Positions 54,701 to 64,000 of a stretch of 64,000 nucleotides of DNA are shown piece by piece. The notes beneath the pieces were generated by a model that was given only the letters and a program-made list of their open reading frames with translations, was not told the origin of the DNA and ran no database searches. The DNA is from Bugula neritina (taxonomy: Eukaryota > Animalia > Bryozoa), in NCBI GenBank assembly GCA_964035545.1, contig OZ037767.1, forward strand, positions 28,784,628-28,848,627. The letters are read 5' to 3'. Within the stretch, counting starts at the first letter, position 1, and every line of letters starts with the position of its first letter. Position numbers and translations under genes: made by a program.

Positions 54701-57700
54701 AAAAAATTTGCAAAAAGTAGGTAAAAACAGTTTTTGACCCGCCTCTTCAACACGTATGCTCCGAAAGTGTTGAAACTACAATGGCTGAATAATTATGCCA
54801 TTATCTTTTTATTAAGAAAAAAATCACAACTCTAAGTCAATAAGTTCTCTCACAATTTGTACCCCTATGACTATTGTGCCCCCCCCTTGCCCCTATTAAA
54901 TTATATTATATAACATGACACTATAATATATAATATTATACAATATATATAAACTACATCCATTATGATTAAAGAACAAGTCAGACCAACTATTTCTATT
55001 ACATCACATGATCTTATTAGGTTGTTGTTGCAGATTATATAGACACCAGTTCTCAGGCCCCCTATAAACAATGTATCGTGTAATCAAGCATAAATCAAAT
55101 GTAAATTTGGCATACAGTTTATTAGTCTTCCAGCCGTCACTACTCCGTGCTATATATAATATTACAGCCTATATATTGACAGCAACAGCTACAGTGCTAT
55201 TGCGCCATAGGCCCTGTCATTTTGTTTATTTTTTCTCAATTAATTTTTTTTTCTCCAACTAGACAAAATAAAACAAACAAACAAACAAACAATGCTACTA
55301 ATCATCATCATGTGAGAGAGGCAGGCACAAAAGGGCTAAATCTTATATCAATAAACGCATGAAATAAGCCAAAGTTCTCACTAGATTCCTCACGAGTAAT
55401 TAAAAACTTAAGCTATAGAAACTTTCCAAGTAAATGCCAAGAGTATGAAAGCAGTACACAATAACAAGTACAGCAGTTACAGTGAACTGTGAAATTACTG
55501 AATACCAACATCTGAGATGTAAAAACTCCTTTAGTGAAGTAATATTTGCACTGAGATGAAGTCAAATTAACTAAGCTTTAATAATGAAGGCCTTGAAATG
55601 TCAAGTTTTGTAAACAGTCAATCTATAGAGCACTAATAACTATAACTTAACTTGTATATTATACTGTAGTTGTGGTATATATGCTTATATTGTGTTATAC
55701 TGTAATTGTGGTATACATATATATACTTATATTGTGTCATACTGTAGTTGTGTTATATATATATATGCTTATATTGTGTTATACTGTAGTTGTGGTATAT
55801 ATACTTATATTGTGCTATACTGTAGTTGTGGTATACATATATATACTTATATTGTGTTATACTGTAGTTGTGGTATATATGCTTATATTGTGTTATACTG
55901 TAGTTGTGGTATATATACTTATATTGTGTTATACTGTAGTTGGTGTTAGAAAATCAACTTAAACGTTTGCCTACTACCAAAAGTTGAATATTACATCAGA
56001 ACTGGTCAATTGAGTAATATAATTACGCAATACAATCAATTAATAGATTTTATAATAGTGTCACACTTCTATGGCAATATTTGGAAATAGATTTCATAAC
56101 TGAAAGCAATACAGAGAAGTAGGCCTAGTACTGGCATATAAAGCTAAAGTCTGCTGTAATGTAATAATCAACAAAGGTGGCTGCTAACAATACAATGGCT
56201 ACCTATATTACGTTTGAATGATTGCTTTGAATGTATGAGTATCTAAGAATTACTAGGCTAACTATTCACGGATTGCAGTAGTTGTAAGAATATAGTTATA
56301 GCATTAGCTCCCTTTACATAAGGCATTGCACTACCAGCTCATGAACAGTAGGTCTGCTAAAGACTGAGAAATATTTGCTGATTCAGGCTTTATGTAATAT
56401 AATGTATAATTTATATAATATTTCCTTCACCAGTGTAGATTTCACTAAATAGTCTCATATAAATGCTTAAAAGTGGCTCTGGTTTCGTTATAAAATCTGG
56501 TGTATAAATGGTTGAAATGTAATGGTAAACACAAGTACAAGAAATACGGAGCCCCTAGCTAGGCACCCCTTCTCTAAGAATGTTTCATTTAAAAACTACA
56601 GTCTAGGTATGAGGTGCATATTTATGGTGTTAATAATGAAGCATAGTATATATGTTATACATTCATAAGGTATTTTGTGAGTAAGTACTACATTATACAG
56701 GTAAATAAAGCTAATTAAAGGTAAGTAGAAGTAAGTAACTGTAAGTAGAGGAGAGAGAGAGAGACATACCTTCGAGTAACTCTATTTGCTGATGTACCAG
56801 AAGCTGATCTATCTGTGTTAGGTACTCCAGGCCAGGGGGGCAGCCGGGGATATTCTCCGGCCTTGGCATCCACTGTTGCTGCTGGGGTTGACCGGGCACT
56901 GGGGGAGCAACCCCTAGGGGGTGGATAGTAGCAGCACGTTGTAGAGCATACAGACTGATATAGTGTCACCATAATATTATATATACACAAGAGTTTACAT
57001 GGGTAGTCATTGGGTCAGTGTGAATAATAGACACCACATTAGTTATAGGTGCTCTTGCACTGGTGTAACATGCTTTATTCTCATAGGAGCATATCTCATG
57101 AGACTTACAGCTGAAAGACTATTTCTATTTTTACTACTGGACAGAGAGAAAGTTATACTAAAAAGACTCTTCCTCTTGGTTATAGTTGATGAGCCAAGTG
57201 AAAAATCAATACTCTACGTTTACACATTGAGAGTGAGTAGGGAGATCTGTTTACAAGGAATATGTAAGTCAGCATAGTGGATGAGTACATGACACAGGGC
57301 ATCGTCCATCAGTAGGTCAGCGATATGCATGCTTAGCAACATGTGCTGCTGTAACTAAGGCAGCTGCAGTTGGTAATATTATACTATATATGCAGTGAGT
57401 TAATAAAGCAAGATTTAAACAACATATTTACTCTGCAAGCAGCTTGCAAATGGGAAATCAGATGACCATGCTTGTAAGTGAGTGAGTGAGTGAGTCAGAG
57501 TGTTGTGAGTGAGTCAGAGTGTGAGTGAGTGAGTTAGTAGGTGACACAGTGAGTAAATGAGTAAGTGAATGAGTAAGTGAGTGAGTTAGTGAGTGGGAGA
57601 ATGAGTAAGTGAGTGAGTCATTGAGTGAATTAGTGAGTGAGTTAGTAGGCGACACAGTGAGTGAGTGAGTGAGTGAGTGAGTGAGCTGGTAAATACAAAT

Positions 57701-58368
57701 GACAAACAGCAGGCATATACTGCATGCTCACAAATTATTTACCTGGTTGAGGATAACCATAACCTGATAAATTAAATGTTAAGACAATCAGAAAAGAAAA
57801 TGTATCACTCTTTACACAGCTAGATATGAAAATATACCATGTGTATGATATACACACTATGTCCAAAGATTTTAATATTTAAATATAGTCCAAAAAGTTG
57901 AAGAGTAACAAACATGGATTGCAATCAGTGTTTCAAGACTTTGCATTAAGCAGCTGCATTTCCTTATTTCTTTTTATGATATTGGAAACATCAGCAACTT
58001 TTACACCAGCTCATGAAGTCAAAAACTGCTAGTATAATGACGTCTTGAAAGGTTGAAAATTTAACTAATTTAATCTAATACAGAGAAACATTTATAGTAG
58101 ACCTACAGATCCATCAAATCAGTGGGTCTTAAAGTATCAAGTCCTGTTTGTAATTAGCAGCCTGTTAATGGCAATTACCTGGTTGACCATAGCCGGGTGC
58201 CCCTGGTTGACCATAGCCGGGTGCCCCTGGTTGACCATAGCCGGGTGCCCCTGGTTGACCATAGCCGGGTGCCCCTGGCTGACCGTAGGCGGGTGGGGGT
58301 GCAGCAGGCTGAACATAACCACCCTGTTGACCATCTCCGTAGTTTGTTTGGTAGTCTGTTTTCTCCAT
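51764..58368 (-). CDS. Phospholipid scramblase (PLSCR family); 8 coding exons including a 21-nt microexon
   Basis: Exons 58368-58179, 57763-57743, 56913-56770, 54601-54447, 53503-53373, 52859-52739, 52210-52049 and 51802-51764. Gly/Pro/Tyr/Gln-rich N-terminus, [24 protein letters not shown], Cys-rich CMAGCCWC segment, and [51 protein letters not shown]. Confidence 0.95.
54262..54462. repeat. 34-bp minisatellite containing the scramblase exon end and donor site
   Basis: Minus-strand unit GTTAGTTAATGTGTGTCATGACAGTATGGGTCAG, 5-6 copies, overlapping the exon/intron border at 54447/54446. Confidence 0.9.
55655..55943. repeat. ~36-42-bp minisatellite (TATTGTGTTATACTGTAGTTGTGGTATATATACTTA), scramblase intron
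   Basis: About 7 visible copies with variable AT sub-repeats. Confidence 0.9.
57475..57685. repeat. (GTGA)n imperfect microsatellite, scramblase intron
   Basis: Visible tetranucleotide run. Confidence 0.9.
58179..58288 (-). repeat. Coding 24-bp repeat encoding (YGQPGAPG)x4 in the scramblase N-terminus
   Basis: Near-identical 24-nt units, in frame within exon 1. Confidence 0.9.
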
Positions 58369-61300
58369 CTTTTGTTTGTGATCTGCAAAATATGCAGCGA
58401 AGTTGAATGTAAAACCAGTGTTTTGCATCTAATAATTTTTATTATATATTTAAAAACCTTGAAAAGTTTGAACTATTGATTGCAGCACAATACTGCCTAC
58501 CAATTATTTTAAGAAATCACAGTAAAACACACTAGATTTATATTTTCAATACAATCAAAACTCAAGTGTCAGCATCATTACCTATTATGACACTTGAGTA
58601 AAGTCACAAATACCCTTGATCCGGAAAAACACTTATTCAGTACTAAACTTCACCAATTACACAAAAATATTTTTATGCCACAGTTTAATCTTGAAACGCC
58701 ATGAGAATCAACATCATTGAAAATAGTATATTTTTAATTTGAGTAAATATTTCCATATGACTATTCAACAGTCATGCTCATCAACATCGTGCTAGAGCCA
58801 GACCAGTAGAGTAGACTGTTCTACAGATACGACATATTAAAATTGTTATCATTCTCATAATGATCATATTCATAATGATAATGCCCTATGGTTGATATAC
58901 AAAACAGTAAATAAGTTATACTGATACTAGTAACTATAAGTATAACTACAAGTATAAGCATAACTATAGTATTAAATTTGGCATTTAAATTTTAAAGTGT
59001 TTTACAAGTGTAACACTAACACTAACAGCAACCAAAACATATATTTAGTTTTACTATTATTATTATATTTATTAATATTATAATTATATACTTTGTATTC
59101 AATTTGTTAGCTTTTGCTTTAGGTTTAACTATTTATTAATGTTACAGTATGAAATATAATAACAATTATAATAAATTACTACAATCAGTATGAGTATGAG
59201 ACTGAGCATCATTATAATTATCACTACAACTATAAGTAAAATAATAATTATTTTTAATAATTTATAATAATCACTATCAGTGTGAGCATCACTATGGTCA
59301 TGCCCATGGTGATCATAAGTTTTACATTCGCTGACTTAAGATTACTAATTAGCATTTTTTTAATTACTACAAATATGAGTATTGTTATTAGTAATACTAT
59401 TAGTGTAACTAAGCTTATAGTATTATGTAGAGTCAGATAGCGATGCGCTTACAGTTACTTAAATAGTTGTTCAAGTCAAACTCAAAGTAATTGAATTATG
59501 CGACACACCCGACTGCTAGCAAACTACAGAGCAGAATAAAAGGCGACAGTGATCACGTGATTAAACAATCTATCTTTGTTGTTGTTGCGGAGTTGTCTAT
59601 ACTATTTAAAGTATGCAACTCTATAATGAGACATAGTGCGCTTGCTGAAGCTAATATACATGTAATAATAATATTGTAAATGTAATTATATTACAATGTT
59701 TGCAATACTACAGAAAATATAGTTTAGCATATAATATAGTTATAGGCTTTTATGCCTAAAGATCGTGAGCTGGATTGTTAGGTATAGCTAATAGCTGTAC
59801 TTTTCATGAGCAACCTAAAGGCTTGTAACTAGAGTATCAAAATGCTAAAATGCATCAACTTATAATTTGCTTTTATTTGGCATTATCAGTTTTAGCTTTA
59901 GCTAAATGGTTTTAATCATTTAACTATTGAGTTATATTGCTCTCACTTTCTAGTCAGCAACTCCACGAAGTTGTAAAAGCTTTAGCCCCCACCGGAATGA
60001 ATCTGAAGTCATCCAACTTGTATGTTAGCATGCTACTTACGTTACACTATGGGGGGGGGGGGGGGAGGCCACTGGAAACCAAAACACCACAGACATATTG
60101 TGTTTGAGAACTTCAACCATGGTTATCAATTTAGGCTGCTTAGCATTGTAAGAGGTTTGTAACTCTTAGAGTTACATGAGTTGTCTGGCTTGAATTTACA
60201 CACTTTTCAAATTATATGTGCTTTAGTTAAAGCACTGGATTTTGCTATAACAAATGTGTATAGGCTACAGTACTTCATTTTGAGATAATGAAAGGACAAC
60301 TCCTAAAAGCTGTTGTACACAAATTGAGAATTTTTATTTTTATGTATATTATATATGTATATATGTGTAGAAGATAGCAGCTATATATAATATATTGTAA
60401 GATATATTTCAATATTTTATGATATTTCTATATATTTTACTATATTAATTCAACATCTGTTTTATGCATGTAGCCTTAACTGAAAATTCCTATTCATTAC
60501 ATAAAACTTTAAATTACATACATTTCTTAAAATTTAGAAAAACATCACTGTTAAAATTATGTCTTGTAGCATTTATTGTTGCATGAGTGTAATTAACATT
60601 ATAATATATTGAAAGTGTGCAAAGAATTGAAAGTAGATCATAGCTGTTTTATCAGATTATTATTGTAGGCACAGGTGCTATTTTTATGTTTTTTCTTTCC
60701 ATTTATGGCTGAGCTATAAAATGCATAAGTACACTTTTCGACAGTTTTTTCTTCAAAAAACACTTCTAGGATGAGAGTATTACAATAGGAAAAGAGGCAA
60801 AATAAAATTATTATTGAAGCTGAAAACTTACAAGAAAACAGTAAACCAATATTTTAGTTAGAGTGAACTAAGCACTCGTATCTGATTTAAAAAAAACTTA
60901 TAAAATTATCATAATTATTACAAATAGTATTAGTTTTTAATGACTTGTCTTCTCTTGTTACTAATTTACAGTTACGGGCACAGCAATTTATTATCGGATT
61001 ATCGGAATTAATTTTGTTGAATTACCTTGACTTTGTTTCACGACCATTGAAAGACTCTATTGCTATCGTCCAGGTGTTAGTCAGAGTGCCTAAAGGCTAA
61101 AGCCATTCATTAAAATAATCGTGTCTCTGCTGCTTAAAGTTAAAACAAGATTGACTGTACGTGCAGAAAATTTAATATTGCTTTACTTAGTAATAGTAAT
61201 ACTAATAGTAATACTTATACTTATAGTTATAAGTTATAAGTTATACTTATAGTTATACCAAACCAGGCAATACTGAAGTTAGACCAACTCTAAGACAGAA

Positions 61301-63126
61301 ACTGGAAAGTAAAACTAATTTCAAATTCAATTTGCTTCAACTTCAAGTTCAGCTTCAAGTTTAAACTTCAAGGATAAGTATAACTTGCCATCAATAATCA
61401 AACTGAAATTTAAATACTATGACTATGGGTGTAACTTTTATTATTACAACTTGAGTCATATTTACTTGATTTAGTTTTACTTTTCTATTACTATTACTGT
61501 ATTACTATTACTATTAGTATTACTACTTACTAGTATTGCTATTAAACTTACTTTTAGTACTAGTATTACTGTATTACTAATACTAATAGTATAGATACAA
61601 CTATAAGTATTACTTATAACTACTAGTATTACTATTACTATTACTATTAGTATTACTATTCCGGTATTCGTAATTTACTTTTATTTTTAGTGGGTAGTAG
61701 TACTAAAATAAATATAACTGAGTATAAGTATTAGTTACTTACAGTGATATCTTATACTCATACTTATACTGATATATTAATATGTATTAGTTTAATTATC
61801 GAGTTGGTATAACTAATCTGTAGCTGTAAGCCACTAATTCTAAGTGTTATTGTTAGTATAACTCACAACTGTCTCACTTTTACTCTTAACCTTTAGTCTT
61901 TAGGTGATCAAGGGGAAGTTCAGTTAGAGAGATAGCTGTTGATGAAGTTAAGTTATACTCACTTAGTCTTAAGATTATAGTTATACATTTACAGATTGAG
62001 CTTAAGCTATTTTGCTTTCAGTATATACTTATAGTAATATTAATATGCATAATACTGTATCAGTATGACTATGAGTGTATGTCAAACTTGATAAATTTAT
62101 CAATATGGATATCCATATGACTTCATAATAATATTTATAATTATTATAATTGTTGATAGCTTAAATAAATATTATCATTATGATTATGGGCATTGCTTAT
62201 AGCACAAAAATAGCAGCTCAGTCCCATGCCTATACTCAAACCTTTCATTATCATACTTAGAAGGATGTTGCTTGACTGAACTGTGAATAATTTGGTCATT
62301 TAATTATTGTCGTATGGTCATTGCATTTTGAGTTTATTCATTGTTATTTTAAAGAATTCAAGTCTATAAAATTTACTGGTGATAATTCCTATAAGTTTTA
62401 GCTTCAATCTGTTTTACCCCTTTTGTTAGTTTTTGGTTATTAGAAAATATGCAGTTAGTTGAAATATTAAACTTGAATAGCATGGTTTTATACCATCATT
62501 TTTACTTCAGTTAAATGTTGAGTTGGGAACAATTCTCAGAAAATTTCTCAGAAAAAAATTTGCCCACAAAAAACTGTTTACATAGTTGACTAAAAGCTTT
62601 TTCTTAAAAATAAAATTATTACAAATAATTGTAAAACCTTACATAAAATGAATCGATGTGTTTCATTGAAAGTTATAAAGGATATATCGATTTCACAGCA
62701 TTGAAACATTCAAGGCAACTCTCTTTTTACTGTCATTGTTGGCAGGATTTTAAAAGATGCACATAAAACAAAATATTCAATTTCTTTTGAAAATGTTTAG
62801 GAAAAGATGCATTAAAATTTTTTATCAGCTGAACAACTTCTTCATTTTTGAGCACTAAGTAAAAGTATGTATTTTCCATTTGGAATTTATTTCATTGCAT
62901 TGCATTCTTTAGCAGCCAACCTTTTCATTCCACTCATTCTTCAAAAAGACAATGCCAATGTGCAATATACAATATTTTTAATAGAATCAGTGATGGAAAT
63001 TTGTCTTTGCAGAATTTAAACCATTTAAAGAATTTCCATATGCATTCTCAAATTTTGGCAATGATAATAATTAATGTGTTATAAGTATTAGTAGCATCTG
63101 CCACATTTGATATATTTTAGAGAATA

Positions 63127-64000
63127 ATGCCACGAAAAAAGGCAGCCAGTGAAGCGGGTTCTGAACCTTCAACACAGCCAGTTAAAAAGTTCAAGCCAAA
63201 CCCAGAAGAGAATAGCAAAATGGAATCCAGTACCCGCCGTTCCCTTCGTACTCGTTCCTATGACGAGAATAATGTAGGAAACCAACCAGCCGCTCAGTCT
63301 AAGAAAGTTGCTGAGGTTAGTAGGCGTGACTCTGTAGTCTGCTGGTAATGCCTGTGCTGAATGTTGGTATGTAGAAATAAGCCGTTTTATTGGTTTTCAA
63401 GGCTGCCCTAAATCAACCAAGACGCAACGTTCTACAGGCTGCAGAAGCAAAGCCTGCTACAAGAGGCTCGGGATTTGTTGTGAAAAATCCGAGTGAAAAG
63501 AACTCGTGCCCTCTCGAGCTCTCCGTTCAAGTGACTCCGTGTGATATTCTAGAAAGACAACCAGCACTGCGTATGTGTTTCTACTATATTTATTCTAACA
63601 TTATATTTCTAAATATATTGCCTTCTCTTTATTTCAGTATTTGATTTATAACATTCTCACCTAAATTTCAGCATCAAGTAAAGAATCTGCATCCCGTAAA
63701 AGAAAGGTGAAAATATCACCAAAGTCTATTGAAAAAAGAACAAAATTAAGTGTAAGATTCCTATGATATAATTTCCTTTATCCTGACAGTATAATTTCTC
63801 ATTTTTACTATGTTATAATTTACTGTATATTTTGTTATATTTTGTTATATTTTCATTATTAGAACAGGTTTACGGTTTTGCTTACAGTTTCAGCTTATGT
63901 TTCCTTAAAACTCAAATGACCTTGACATATAACCCTTATTGTAGCCAACAGGAAGTCCAACGTCTTTGCTGGGGGAATTCCAAACAGTTCCATATTCAAA
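63127..64000 (+). CDS. 5' part of an unidentified protein with a basic, low-complexity, NLS-like N-terminus; continues beyond the window
   Basis: Exons 63127-63315, 63402-63570, 63672-63751 and 63945->64000 join in frame with GT-AG borders (MPRKKAASEAG...SRKRKVKISPKSIEKRTKLS...). No recognisable domain in the visible part. Confidence 0.75.

Noticed and set aside
60050-60066. Poly-G run as a G-quadruplex element
   Set aside because: Isolated homopolymer with no supporting context; its length is error-prone.

Overview
AT-rich, intron-dense eukaryotic (invertebrate metazoan) genomic DNA; the taxon cannot be fixed from this window. Exons assembled by hand from splice sites and reading phase support seven complete genes and one partial gene. 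In order: two tandem UBE2J2/Ubc6-type ubiquitin E2 genes (+,+), CCDC18-like coiled-coil protein (-), SYAP1 (+), ING4/5 (-), NEURL4 (+, 27 coding exons), a phospholipid scramblase (-), and the 5' part of an unidentified basic protein gene (+). Introns carry many minisatellites, and one NEURL4 intron holds a 2.8 kb TIR transposon with a 4-bp TSD. Most notable observations: (1) the first UBE2J2 paralog appears to have lost its ER tail anchor; (2) several minisatellites contain and multiply the adjacent splice site, including ~59 in-frame 21-nt acceptor copies in CCDC18; (3) degenerate 6-bp-periodic, strand-switching tracts mark gene 5' regions but not 3' regions; (4) a long hairpin island lies between ING4/5 and NEURL4; (5) the NEURL4 ADP-ribosyltransferase motif has a His-to-Asn change. 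Gene names rest on motif recall, not database searches. Coordinates were counted by hand, and repeat boundaries are approximate.
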